The notes below the pieces were generated by a model. That model worked only from the letters and a program-made list of their open reading frames with translations. It was not told the DNA's origin and did no database searches. A stretch of 64,000 nucleotides of DNA, from contig JAVECO010000010.1 in NCBI GenBank assembly GCA_051942205.1, forward strand, positions 62,001 through 126,000, written 5' to 3'. How positions within the stretch are numbered: the stretch's first letter is position 1; each line of letters begins with the position of its first letter. The DNA comes from Coniocarpon cinnabarinum. Its lineage: Eukaryota. The translations under genes and the position numbers were made by a program. Below, one piece after another: positions 1-12,009 of the stretch.

Positions 1-2815
1 GTCTGTCATCAACCGACTTGAGACATCGATCTCTTCATAGAAAGTCGCGCAGGTTGCCAATAGCAACGGCATTCATCCAGTGGAGCAGAGAGCACAACAA
101 GGACAAAGGAGAGCCTGCTAGCGCTAAAGCTCGTCCGGGACATCGAAAAGGCATGGAAGCTTTAGAGCATCCAATATCGAGCGCCTCCAATCACTGCTAC
201 GACGCGGGGAATCAGTTCTTTGAAGTGACTGTTCAAAGCATAGAATGCACGGAGCATGTTGACTTAGTTGGCACTGGCAGAGCGCAAACAACGTTGACAA
301 GCCGTCGGCAATCTCTCATTCATGCTCCTGAGATGTTCTTGCGACTCATTTGGATAACTGCTAAATGCCTTGTGAGGAACGTGCATTCGCCTCTGTCGGG
401 TATGAGACAAAGAGGCCCAATGCCTCAATAAGTACGGTGACTGATTCTGGACCTGCCGTTTACAGTATGACGGATCGTCACGGCTTGCAGGATGCTTACC
501 AACCGCGGCAAGGTTACATGACAGGCACAGGAAAGTTTCAGCCATTGGATTTTTCCGTTTAGCATGACCCTCAGGGCTTCCGCCAGAACAAGCCACGAAT
601 AACGAGTCGCAACATTGCGGGTCCCTGCTGTCAAACGAGGCATCAAAACGGCGAATATGCAGTACAGAAGCTGCCATTACCGGTGATACTCTGGTATGGG
701 TCAATGTTCCTAGTGCTCACTTGGAAGGATGATCTGTTTGAATGGCTGAGCAAAATCGATAGTCGCCTGCACAACGTCTGGAAGGAGAGCGATATGCAGG
801 GCTCACCATAGGCAGGTCTTGGGACTCGATATGTACAGTCCGATGAGTTGGCCTACTCCTAATAGCAGCTGAGGCAGCGACTACCACGGGAATTGGCCGC
901 CATAAAGTTCTGCTTGACCTTTGAAAGACTTTAGCCAGAGTCTCAGACCGTGTGATGTGCAGCCCACCGACGGTCATACTGTTTGTGGTTGAAGTGATGG
1001 TTATCGCACGATACCCCTTTTGAGAATACCATCTCGCACATTGGTTGCAAGTTGGGATCACAGAGTGTCTCGTAGGGTACTTCCTTCAGCAGCGGTAAAT
1101 ACCCCAGCAACAATCTCGCAATGACACGCAATCATCTCTATTCGGCAAATCAGCATGTCCAGATGATTTTGCTGCTTGCTCACGTCGAGACACCGAGGTG
1201 TCCAACCGTGATTGTGAGCGGCGACGAAAAGGGAAAGTAATTGGGTGTAGCATTTTGAAGATCAGGGATTGCTGACAGCCGTTACGACCGGGACCGAGGC
1301 AAAATCGAGACAGTTCAGTCAAGGAATTTTGGACGTTGACACACAGAATGGAATGCTCATCCGAGCACGCGTTGCTTTGTAAGCCGACGGTAGCCAGCGA
1401 GCGCTCAGGGAGGATGATTGTCATCTGTCAAGGAGCTAGTGCTGTGAGAGATGAGGGAGCAGCGTCACGGGTGGACGTCAAGGCGTGGACAAGCGGGAGC
1501 AGTTACAAATGAGATGGTAGCGTCGTACCAGATCTGTGGTACCAGATCTGGGCGATGGCTTATCGCACGCACTCCTGGTCTTGTTCGGGACACCTTCGCC
1601 GAAGCTACTCCTGGAGCAACCCTGGCACTTCCTCGTAAGCCTCTGTTGCTCATCAAGTACGTGCGAGGCTGAGACGATTTAAAATAGTCTACACTGTGTT
1701 GCAACATAGAGTGAGCGCATTGCAAGTATTTTTTTGTAAGCTATAGCGCATGCATAGCGCCGTGGCTACTCAAAGACAGCTCTCGTATATCTGCGCAGAG
1801 TGCCGTGAATCTTATCTTGGCTCCCGCGCAGTCTGGGTTTAGAGGAGCGGAAGAAAAGTGTCCGAGTCACAAGGTACGCGTCGACTCGATCTGCCCCGGT
1901 GCCGCTCTGCCGTTAGTGCGATCTATCGAGCCGCGTGGTGACACCGTCCCCTCCACGCCCGGCTTCAGATCTCGCAGCAGGCCCTGGCAAAGTCAGGAAA
2001 GTCTCGGGAATGCCGTCGCTGCAGCAGCCTGTGGCCTTAACGCTACGCCATCTCTCCAAGTCTGATGACAATGCCGCCGCAATCTGGTTGGCGCATTGCG
2101 AAGATCTGCTCTACATGCCCAGCTCTGGCCTCTGTCTATTTGCTCAGAGCTATACCAATCGCTGTCCAAATGCGCAGCAGCTGTGGCCCGAATGGACCCT
2201 TCCGTGCAGTGCAACGGTGAAGGACTGAGCAAAGGAAGTTTGTCGGAAGACCAAGGCCCCGGCGCCAGCGAATCGCCACCGGAGAGCTTCCAATATTCCG
2301 CAACGAGATTGGCGCGGTGGTCTGAGCGTCCACGATCTGGCTAGCGAGTCATTGGCGAACCCACCAGATCTCACTACGCATGCTTCCCCTCCCTATCAAC
2401 GTTTTTCTCCAGCTCTGGGCTCTCTTGCCATTCCTCCTCTGCTCTCGCCCTTGCGTCCTTCCTCTGGGTATTGGCCATACTTCATTGCCATCCTACCCTC
2501 CTGCTCAGTGCCACTTTGTGACACTTTTAGGACGACTCCATACTCACTGTTGCGCCGCTCGACCTCGACGGCCGTACAGACGTCGGAGCTTCAGTGTTCC
2601 GAGAGATAACGGGACCTTCCTCATTCTGCGCCTTGCCTCAATATCTCGACTCCCCCTCACGCTCTGCCCTTCTTTTAACCACAACATACATTCTAATCAG
2701 TCGAGATCATATCACCATCAATCGGGCGCGATCGCACTTTATCGTGGAGCCGATCTTAGTGGCGATATCGTGCCAGCTGCTCGGGAGTTGAGAATTTGCC
2801 ACCCTTGATATCAAG

Positions 2816-4242
2816 ATGCCTCCCATTCGAAATATCCAGATCCCTGCAAAGCCTGTCAAGACAGAGCGCAGCCATGAGGAGAATCAGGAGCGGTATGCAT
2901 CTTGTCATCCTGCAGTCAGTCAGTGTGCTCACATTTGTCCAGAGCGTACATTGCCGCCTCGCGACGAAGCGATCGCAGCCTCGAAGCTCGTGTTGAGTCT
3001 GCACGGAGAGCGTCAGAGATCCACAAGCGACGCACTGGTCGTTCGTTACGTGTCACTGAACAAGACGTCGTCAATGAAGAGATGTACGAAGAGGAAGACG
3101 ACGACCTCCCTGCTCAATACCGCCGGCTTGCCAACAACCTTCACGGCTATGGGTCGGATTTCAATCGACGCTTGGCCACTTACCTGACAAATCATGTTGC
3201 GCTTCGTCAAGCGCTTGGTCAGGCGTCCGCTGGTGGGCAACCCGATGGGTCTATGAACCCAGCCATGTTGAACAACCCATTCGCTGCGAATGGTATGATG
3301 ATGGGTCCTGGCTTTCCGTACTCCAACTTCATGTCTCCGGATACGATGCATCGACAGCGGTCTTCGCAAAGCCAGAAGCCTGCTCCAGTCAATGTTGGTC
3401 CAGCCAAAACCACAGACTCAAACAAGCCAAAGCCAGTCGTAAAAACAAACCAGTCTGGGCAGCCTGCTTCATCACCCAGTGCGCCCATCAAGAGCCCTAA
3501 CAGCAATGCCAGCAATCAGCTTGGCCCACAGTCAGGATCACCCAATGCGACACCCAGTGTCCATCACTCACCTCACTCGTCTGCCGCTGGAAGCAATGTT
3601 CAGTCGCCTCTCTCTACCCATTCCCACAACCACAACAACAGCATGAACAGCTATCCCGCTCAGTCACACAACCAACCACAGGCGTCCATGCAGTTTCAAC
3701 CTGACCGATCTGGCATGAACTCTCACTTCCAAAATCCATACCAGCCAAATCCACAAGCTGCCTTCCACCCCCAACAGGGCCCCTATGCAGGATCACCTTC
3801 AATGATGAGCCCCATCTCCCCACTGACGACCCAGCTCCCTATGGACGCCCAGATGTTCTTCGATCCAAGTGCAGCAACGTCGCCATTTGACAACTTCAGT
3901 CAACAGCCCTTCTACAACTACAACCCCAACCTCACCAACTCAAAGCCCACGGACACCTCTTCCGTCGCCACCGGCATGAGCCAGACCCTCGCCCCGCCTG
4001 CTTTCGAGTCGAAACAACAGCAGACGCAGACTGCCTGGCCGACACCGCCTGATGATCAGTCCTCGCCCTTCTCGAGCAACGGACAGGTCAACTTTGGCGA
4101 GGATCCCATGTTTGGCGGCGACGACTTTACTCAGCAAGGCTTCGACGGCATGTTCGCAGATGGCCTGCAGTCGTCTGAAGATGACTTCTCCAACCTCATC
4201 AACCAGGACATGTGGGGTGATTCTTCAGGCGCACAGGCGTGA
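2816..4242 (+). CDS. Conserved Pezizomycotina protein of unknown function (~458 aa), regulator-like architecture
   Basis: ATG 2816; intron 2893-2942 (GTATGC...CTCAC...CAG) joins ERSHEENQER to AYIAASRRSDRSLEARVESARRASEIHKRRTGRSLRVTEQDV. This block is followed by a Q/N/P/S-rich region and an acidic/aromatic tail. Confidence 0.85.
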
Positions 4243-4981
4243 GCGCTTCAACGGCCTGACACACTTCTTATGGACAGTCGAAAATCACTTAGGTCTTGCG
4301 AAGCCAGGCGTGAGGGTCTCATTGCATGGTTTCCAATGCAAATGGGACATCTCTCCTGGTGGATGAACATCATGAACAGCGTGGCGTTTGCGGCTTTAGC
4401 ATTTCTGGTGCGGTTGCCCAACCTGCGGCGTAGGTTTCTTCATCAATCTGCGCCATCATCGTCACATTGTGACATCTTCTCCTCTTCTACTATGATCATG
4501 TATGTGCCATGAATGGACGGCAATGGGTCTTGCCATTGCAGAGCTGTGGCGGAGACAGTGTGGTGGGGGAGGGAGTTGAAAAGCCATCTGAGAGTGTGAG
4601 AAGTCAGTGGAAATAAGCGGCGAGTGAAGCAGGAGAAGTAGGGGATGTGGATACCCGTACAGCTTCGAAGGCCACTTGCCTTACCTATTGTATAACTAGT
4701 CACCAGAAAAAAAGAAAAGAAAACCGCGTATGCAAACATTGTTCTTCGTTTAGAGTTTCGGTTTCACCGCCTGTGTGGGACGTCACGAGACGTTGTCGTT
4801 CCTTGCTGTAGGAGGAGATGAGTTTGTGCAACAACCTTAAATCAATCTCTCGTGAATCAGCAAGTAGGAGAAGAACACAAGCAAAGAAGGCAAGCCTTCG
4901 AATTTTCATCGAAGATCAAAGCATCTATAAACATCAGACGTCTATCCGTTGCCGCACTATCATTGCAGCTAATCATCGAGA

Positions 4982-7105
4982 TTAATCGACACCTCCTTGA
5001 TCGTTAGACGCCACATTCTGCGACGACGCAGACTGCGGATACATGTTCACCTGGCCTTTTGGTCCAATGACACCAGTGCGATCGTATAATGTCCGCGCCC
5101 GAACGAAGGGATCCATGTCCCAGTAATTGCTTTTGAGCGCTTCGATGAGTTCGCGTCTTCGTGTGGGAAGATCTTTTGTAGTCGTCGACTGCTGCATTGC
5201 TGTTGATTGTGTTTCTGTGGACTGTTGTGTTGTTGCGTCGTTAAGAGTGTTGTTAAGGGAGGTGTTAGCGAGGCCATTTGACAGCGCAGTATCGTCTTTG
5301 GCATCCGTCGATGCTATTTCAGAGGCGGTGTGAGCGTTGTGCGCGGTTGATGATGCAGAGCCACGACACCACTCAATTGTCCTCTCTTCAAACTCCTTCA
5401 CTAACCCCCTCCTCTCTTCCTCCAGCTTTTCTAACCGCCCATCGGTCCTCGCCCTCTCAATCTCTGCATTCTCCCCCTCCACCGGTTCCACATATTCGTA
5501 TTTAAATTCCTCCCCACCCCCCAACTCCTTCGGTATCTTATTGCGATCCACAAAATGGCTGAGTTCATGAATGTCCTTGGTGAAGTGGACTTTCGACGCG
5601 ACGACGGGATCCAGCCAGCCTTTGATGATGTTCCAGACGCTGCTGAAGACCCAGGGCGCGTGGTGGACGCAGATGTGTCCTAACGACTCGGGGTAGTTGG
5701 CTTCGAAGATTTTGATCATGAATTTGACGGGGGTGTAGTCCATGTTGCTTAGACTGAAGTCGGTCATGTCGAATATGATGCCCTGCATGGAAGTTAGTGT
5801 GCTGTAAGGTGGATAAGTCGATTTACGGTCGGAGTAAGCCACAAGTGTGATAGCCCTGTCTCGAGCTAAGACGCATCGCACGGTGCAGGTCTCAAAAGGC
5901 AGGACGCGTACAGACAGGTACGAGCATTTGCAGAGGGCGTAGATAGAGGAAAGGAAAAGACAAAGACTCACTGCCGTGTCCACCTGCTCACTCAGCATCA
6001 TCCGCGTCGTTTCAATCGTATAAATCGTAAATTTCTCCAACGCCTCCTCACTCTGATCCCCACTCTTGTGCAACCTCACCCTCACGAAGCACATCGGCCG
6101 CCCTTCTTTATCGGTGCCATGAATGAAGCTCTTTCCCATTCGTATCTGCGCCATGAAGTCCTTGCCGAGCTGCTTCTCATGCCCTGTACCGTTCTTCTCT
6201 TTATCAGCAAACCATGCTTCACCGCGCGGTATGAGCTCTGTGTCCATCTTCACGTCTTTGACGCGCCAATGCACCGTTGAGACCAGCATGACAAGCGCAT
6301 TCTGTACATTCCATTTTCGCGCGCGGAGAAAGCGCAAGAGAAGCGCATCCGGGTTGTCGCCCTTGGTGAATGACCAAATAGTACGATGCAGCTCTTCCGG
6401 TGTCAGATCTTGTAGCGCTTGCTTGAATTGCTTCGTCTGGCCGTATTTATCCTCGCCGGAGCCAGTCTCGCCGGCGCCTGCCGAATCCTTGCCACCCGCT
6501 GCGCCATGTTCATCGTGGTGCTCGCGACGACTGCCGAAGAGTCCGAACCGCTTGCCGCTCTTCTTGGGGGTGGTATCGGCTTCTGCAGTTGCGGGTGCGG
6601 CATCTCGCGGTGGAGACGAGGTTCGCGCGTCCTTAACGATGCCCGTGACTTGACCGAGAGCGAGCCAGAATTCTTTGAGCTTGGCTTCTTGTTCTGGGGT
6701 GAGGTTGCCCGGCCATCCTTGTTTGATCTCCGCCATGGTAGACTCGTCTGCTGCGATTGCGGTAGTAGTTTCTATAGGAGTGGGGTCTGAGGTGGCAGGG
6801 AATTCGAACCAGGCGTAGACGCCGGTGGCGACTGCGATAACAGTGGACGCGAACGCGGAGGATGTGAAGCCGCTTTGGCGAGTGTGAGCTTGCTGCGGGA
6901 GAGCTCGCGGAGTACCAGCGGAGTGATGGGTCCGGAGAGAGCAGGAAGACGCGGGGAGCGACTGTGAAGAAGTTGTGTGGGAGCGTGCGTGCTTAGACAG
7001 GAAGTGTAGGGGCCGGAGACGGTACAACCGAACCACCGCACAGAGAGGAGCTGATGACAAGTGGCAGTTCCTCAAACGTCTAGGAGACGAACATGACGGG
7101 CGCAT
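4982..7105 (-). CDS. CSR1: Sec14/CRAL-TRIO phosphatidylinositol transfer protein, CSR1/SFH2-like
   Basis: DALLLRFLRARKWNV, GTDKEGRP, IFDMTDFSLSNMDY and ANYPESLG motifs. Intron 5783-5971 (GTGAGT...CTAAC...CAG). Second in-frame ATG at 6736. Confidence 0.9.
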   Translation of the reverse strand: MRPSCSSPRRLRNCHLSSAPLCAVVRLYRLRPLHFLSKHARSHTTSSQSLPASSCSLRTHHSAGTPRALPQQAHTRQSGFTSSAFASTVIAVATGVYAWFEFPATSDPTPIETTTAIAADESTMAEIKQGWPGNLTPEQEAKLKEFWLALGQVTGIVKDARTSSPPRDAAPATAEADTTPKKSGKRFGLFGSRREHHDEHGAAGGKDSAGAGETGSGEDKYGQTKQFKQALQDLTPEELHRTIWSFTKGDNPDALLLRFLRARKWNVQNALVMLVSTVHWRVKDVKMDTELIPRGEAWFADKEKNGTGHEKQLGKDFMAQIRMGKSFIHGTDKEGRPMCFVRVRLHKSGDQSEEALEKFTIYTIETTRMMLSEQVDTAVSLCLFLSSIYALCKCSYLSVRVLPFETCTVRCVLARDRAITLVAYSDRKSTYPPYSTLTSMQGIIFDMTDFSLSNMDYTPVKFMIKIFEANYPESLGHICVHHAPWVFSSVWNIIKGWLDPVVASKVHFTKDIHELSHFVDRNKIPKELGGGEEFKYEYVEPVEGENAEIERARTDGRLEKLEEERRGLVKEFEERTIEWCRGSASSTAHNAHTASEIASTDAKDDTALSNGLANTSLNNTLNDATTQQSTETQSTAMQQSTTTKDLPTRRRELIEALKSNYWDMDPFVRARTLYDRTGVIGPKGQVNMYPQSASSQNVASNDQGGVD

Positions 7106-7360
7106 AGGTCAGAGTGACGAAAGCTGACCTCAAGGCGGACGGAAGCCCGGATCCAGACGTGCCGAGACTCGACAAAGAGCCGACCCGGGGTTAATACCAG
7201 ATGGTTGTCAGGCGACGCGGACTCTCGTGTTCATGTAAGGATCGGAATAGGTGTAAAGGGTGAATGGTACGCCGCGGGTAGCTTTGTGTTTGAGGTCGTG
7301 GACGGAGCCGCCGAAGGTTTGCTCATGACCGCAGGTGGAGGAGCCTCGTATGATCGACGA

Positions 7361-7448
7361 TCACGTGACAGTAATCCACAAGCGCACATGCTGCCTCGTT
7401 TTTAAGCCGCGCGGTCGCGTCTTGCAAACTCCGATGCCCCGGACGCGT
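7361..7448. promoter_or_regulatory. Divergent CSR1/DAM1 promoter with an E-box (TCACGTGAC) and an MCB-like ACGCGT
   Basis: TCACGTGAC at 7361-7369 and ACGCGT at 7443-7448, just upstream of a kinetochore gene. Function inferred from motif only. Confidence 0.35.
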
Positions 7449-7528
7449 CTCACACACACACTACAAGCACAGACTGTCTGAAGTAACGCCTTGGGATTCC
7501 CCTGCGGCGAGGCTGCGAGCGCTGCGTC

Positions 7529-8277
7529 ATGTCGTCAACGACACCGACCAACTTTGACGAATCGCAAAGATCAGTCCAGCGCTCCTCGTCCAAATCGCGC
7601 TCTGGCACCCCGCCCCCACGTCCAACCACTCCCTTGCGGCCCCCTTCAAGAGGCTCCCTACGCTCGTCGCATACACCCACACGAGGCGGGAGTGAGACAA
7701 ACCCGCTCGATGGCCTCGAACCAGCTTTTGCAGAGCTGGCAGATGGCATGGCCGACCTCGAGGCCAATTTCATGCACTTGCAACTCATGCGTGAGAGCCT
7801 GTCGCGCTTCAACGAATGCTTTGCCAGTTTCTTGCACGGCATGAAAGTCAACGCTTTTTGCGTGGATTTTCCTGAGGTAAGTGTATACATTCAGGTCTCG
7901 TCCTGGGTCGTTGCTCATCATTGATGCAGGCCCCAATCCCTGAATCATTCCGCCGCGCAAAGGATAACCCTCGCTTCAACCAAGCCATGGATGATAGCAG
8001 TACCTTCAACCATTCACTCAACTCTGAGCCAGGCCCAGAAGTGGATCACACGTTCTTGACGACCGACACATCGTTCGTCGAGAATCCACCTGCGTCCTCA
8101 GCCAAAGCGTCCACTACAACATCACGATTTTCAACTCCAGCGCAGCGCGGCAGCGGTACCAGAGGAGCTCGAGGCGCAAGTGGGACTGCAACATCTCGGG
8201 CAGGTGCTGGTGCTGGTCGAGGACGAGCGAGTGGTCTTGCGCGCGCAACGGGAAGAGGTCGAGGGCCAGCACGATGA
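7529..8277 (+). CDS. DAM1: DASH complex subunit Dam1 (~231 aa)
   Basis: FAELADGMADLEANFMHLQLMRESLSRFNECFASFLHGMKVNAFCVDFPE|APIPESF; intron 7877-7929. Confidence 0.93.
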
Positions 8278-8293
8278 CGAGTGCGTCTGACTT

Positions 8294-9949
8294 TTACACC
8301 CTGCGAGTCTCCTCTTTGGTGCTTGCTACAAACATTTGCAGCTTGAACAGCCACGCCTGCAGCTCAGCCGACACCCACGGTTGGCAGATGGCTACCACCT
8401 TTGTATCATCAAAGGCGGTACCCTGCAGCAGCCTCTTCATCTCCTCGTCTCCAAGTAGATGAGGCAAGTCGTAGATCGGAACTCGCTGGCTACGATATCG
8501 TATGGTGGGATAGTACCACGAAGTTGGCACGTTTGGGGGAGGCAGTGGTAAGCAGTGGCCCAGGAACGGCGATCCCTGCTTGTCATCCTTGGACCAGTGA
8601 TCGAGGACCAGTATTTGCGTGGTCGAGCCCTGACTCTGCTCCTCTACTACCTCTGCCGCTGCCTCGCCTCGAGCCTCTCGCTCTGCTTGATCCCTCGCCC
8701 AGACCTTTGCTGGACTTTCCAAATCCCAATCGCCATACGTGTCGCCGAGGAAGGAGGTCGAATTAGGCCAGAAATGCGACCTCATTGGATCCTTGGGCTC
8801 CGGGATGCGCTTCGGGCCGGCAGGTTCATCAGGATCGCGTGGTTGTAACCTCACCACACATCCTACATTCTCGACATCGTCCAGAGCGTATAGCCCGTAC
8901 TTGTTCGGCAAAGCTGCAACGACACCCTCTTGAGTCGGCTTTGCCTTTAATACAATCATGTCTCTCAGCCTTTGGCGCACGATCTTGCGCAGCGATATGA
9001 GGACCACTTGTGCCATGTCCTGACGCCACTCAAGCTTAGCACCCAATTGATCCCTATCCACCGCTTGTTGAATCCTTGAAGAGAGCACTCGCTTTCTCCT
9101 CCATGTTTTCGGATCTTGACCAACGTCTTCCATCGCTTCTTTCTTCAAAATCACATACGTTGCGGCCCCCTCAGGCTTGACCGCATTCTCCTTCTTAGCT
9201 TCGTCCCGAAGCTGTCGTTCCTCTTGACTCCACCTCCGCTTCTTATTCAACATGGCTGCTGCCAAACTCAATGGCAGCAGCTTGGTCTTTTCGTTGTCCA
9301 CATCATCTGCCAAATGAAAGTCCAGGAGACAGGCTTTGGGTAATCGCGCACCCGTGTAGCTGTCCAACCGCATCGGCGTCGCCAGCATCTGGGCCCATGG
9401 ATTCTGCGCAAATGCCGTTGCGAAAGGTGCCTTGTTCTCCTTCGCTTTTTGCGGCTCGAATGGATCAAAAGCGTATGTCCCGTTCTTGTACCATTTATCG
9501 AAGCGCGTCGACTTCTTCTTCTCGCGCATGAACGGCGGCAAAGGAAGATCCTCAGCGACGCTCTCCGTATCTTGCTCTTCCTGACCCTCTCGTGGCGCTG
9601 TAACTTGTGCGAATTTGAGTTGAGGCCGCGGCCGCGGCTTTTTCATCCCAATCTTTGTGATCCGAGGACCATCCTCTTCAGCATGTGCGGAGGGTCCCCC
9701 CACGGACTCCTCAAGAGTGCCGATGTCTCCATCGTCCCAGTCATCGCGCTCATTAGCGTCTTTGAGCTTGGCGAGGTGCTTCTTGCGTCGTGAGCGACCT
9801 GCGGGCCGGTTGGCGCCTTTCACGACATCAATGACTAGGTGCGATGTAGTTGAAAAAGAACGAATTGCAACTCCATAGTCATGATTGCGTCCGGAGCATC
9901 TCAAGTGCTGCGTCACACGGACGTAGCGGCCGGTCGCCCATAGTGTCAT
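8294..9949 (-). CDS. Conserved fungal protein (551 aa), probably mitochondrial, RRG8-like
   Basis: Long ORF with a basic presequence-like N-terminus. NPWAQMLATPMR...RLPKACL resembles the RRG8 motif as I recall it; the family call is weak. Confidence 0.7.
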   Translation of the reverse strand: MTLWATGRYVRVTQHLRCSGRNHDYGVAIRSFSTTSHLVIDVVKGANRPAGRSRRKKHLAKLKDANERDDWDDGDIGTLEESVGGPSAHAEEDGPRITKIGMKKPRPRPQLKFAQVTAPREGQEEQDTESVAEDLPLPPFMREKKKSTRFDKWYKNGTYAFDPFEPQKAKENKAPFATAFAQNPWAQMLATPMRLDSYTGARLPKACLLDFHLADDVDNEKTKLLPLSLAAAMLNKKRRWSQEERQLRDEAKKENAVKPEGAATYVILKKEAMEDVGQDPKTWRRKRVLSSRIQQAVDRDQLGAKLEWRQDMAQVVLISLRKIVRQRLRDMIVLKAKPTQEGVVAALPNKYGLYALDDVENVGCVVRLQPRDPDEPAGPKRIPEPKDPMRSHFWPNSTSFLGDTYGDWDLESPAKVWARDQAEREARGEAAAEVVEEQSQGSTTQILVLDHWSKDDKQGSPFLGHCLPLPPPNVPTSWYYPTIRYRSQRVPIYDLPHLLGDEEMKRLLQGTAFDDTKVVAICQPWVSAELQAWLFKLQMFVASTKEETRRV

Positions 9950-10121
9950 AGAAATCTACGCAGAGACGACGACCAAGACCGAAACGAGCTCGGTTGGATG
10001 CGATCCTTGATTCAAATGAAGGCTTGCAGAGCTCAGACACAATGTACGCTACCCTGCTAGCGCATATGGAGCATGTAGCGTTCGTATGCTCAATGGCTGT
10101 TGTCTCTGAACAATACCGATC

Positions 10122-10953
10122 ATGTCGCAGAAAATACTCCAGCGCTCTTTGCGGAGCTATCACGGACGACTTGTGACCTCTCCGCGACTATGCCGCCCCT
10201 TTACCGGCATTGCGCGACCTCCATCATGGCCCGCCACCGCACCGCATCCACAAGTCCAGCCTCAGACGCCGCCACATTCCCAACCGCAATCATGGACTCC
10301 TACACCCTTCGTCACTGAGACAGTCGTAAGCAACTACAATGTATACAGACCCTCTGCATGATTTCTAATGCTCAGGCCAGGGCGGCGGCTGGCATACGTA
10401 CGACATCTTCTCCCGCCTACTGAAAGAACGCATCATCTGCTGCAACGGCCCCATCGACGAAACAACCTCCGCCTCAATCGTCGCCCAGCTCCTCTTCCTC
10501 GAAGCCGATAACCCCGAGAAGCCCATCTCCTTATACATCAATTCTCCCGGCGGCTCCGTCACGGCCGGCCTCGCTATCTACGATACCATGACCTACATCG
10601 CCAGTCCCGTGACAACCATCTGCGTAGGTCAAGCGGCCTCAATGGGTTCGCTGCTGTTAGCAGGCGGTGAGCCGGAGAACCGCTTCGCGTTGCCACATAG
10701 TAGTATCATGGTGCATCAGCCGAGTGGTGGGTATTTTGGACAAGCGAGCGATATTGCGATTCACGCGAAGGAGATATTGAGGGTAAGAGAGCGGCTGAAC
10801 CGGATTTACCAGAGGCACTTGACGAAGGAGATGAGCTTGGAGGAGGTGGGGAAGTTGTTGGAAAGGGACAACTTTTTGAGTGTGGAGGAGGCTTTGGAAT
10901 TGGGGATAGTGGACCGGGTGTTGGAGAAGAGACAGGATGCTGGAAAAGTATAG
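10122..10953 (+). CDS. clpP: Mitochondrial ATP-dependent Clp protease proteolytic subunit (~258 aa)
   Basis: Presequence; intron 10326-10380; [29 protein letters not shown] (catalytic Ser) and MVHQPSGG. Confidence 0.96.
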
Positions 10954-11799
10954 GGAATTGTTGTAGAGGACAATTATCAATGGCATGGATCGTACGGTAG
11001 AAAATGGAGAGTGCGTTAAGAGAAATGCATTCCGTCTACGAGATATTGAGGAGAAATCTGTTGGATCCCAAAGAGCGCTTGGTTGCGTTCCGCACGACGA
11101 GAAGCTGCTAAAGTCATGTGCAAGGCAAGGCGTCGTTGTGACAGAGGAATTTCAGCCCATAGATATGTTACTTATGAGTCCAATGGAAATGGCATTGCAC
11201 CATCACAAAAATGAGGTTCTTTACCGCACGTTTTTGTCAGTTTCAAAAAGCCAGCCACCTTCTACTTTCACGTGCGTACCGCGGATCACGTTGCTTCAAG
11301 TCAGCACTCACCACTTGAAGACGACGGGGGCCAGACTCGGGCTACATTCAGACCCAATCTTTTGTCACGTTGATATGATCTACGCTCGGTCCTCTAAAGA
11401 CGTACTAATCACCCAACGCAGACAACATCACGTAATCCGATGAATTGTGTCTCCGACGTGTCGTGTATGTGTGAGTAGGTCACGTGAGATAGGAGCGGAG
11501 TGCCATTGGGTGTACTGAGGAGGAGGACTCGGATAGTGGAGAAGCAATGACAAAATCGTTCGCTGCAGACTGGCAATGGGTTTTTGCTGGTTGTTCAAAG
11601 CTACTCGCGGTCCTCTCACATCATTTGAGTGCGCTTAGGCTGCATTTGCATTCGAATAAGAATAACAACTTGGCGAACTGGATTTCAAGCGGTACCTTTA
11701 CGTTGGCATGAATAAGACAGGTTGGATTCAATATTTGCACAGAGAAGGGAGGGCTTCAGTCAAGCTCAGCAATTTTCACGCTGCGAACATTGACATTCG

Positions 11800-12009
11800 T
11801 CAACCTTTCTTCACGGGGTCGTCCAGCTTCTTCTTTTCTCCTTTCTTATGTCCGTTTCCTGCGAAGCCTGCAATCTTGCCGATCAAGGAGGCTTTTGGCG
11901 GCTCAACAGCAGGCTTTTGGGCTTTGCTCCAGCTTTGCATCTGCTTTGCAAAGCCCCGATTAAGTTGGCTGTCGTCGCCGATGCGCCGGCCCGAGTGCGG
12001 CGTCGCCAT
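11800..12009 (-). CDS. Possible small basic orphan protein (69 aa)
   Basis: ATG 12009, MATPHSGRRIGDD...KKGEKKKLDDPVKKG. Composition is protein-like but I recognise no homology. Confidence 0.3.
   Translation of the reverse strand: MATPHSGRRIGDDSQLNRGFAKQMQSWSKAQKPAVEPPKASLIGKIAGFAGNGHKKGEKKKLDDPVKKG

Noticed and set aside
1..2800. Many 60-146 aa ORFs on both strands
   Set aside because: No recognisable motifs or coding-like composition; treated as the upstream region of the 2816 gene.
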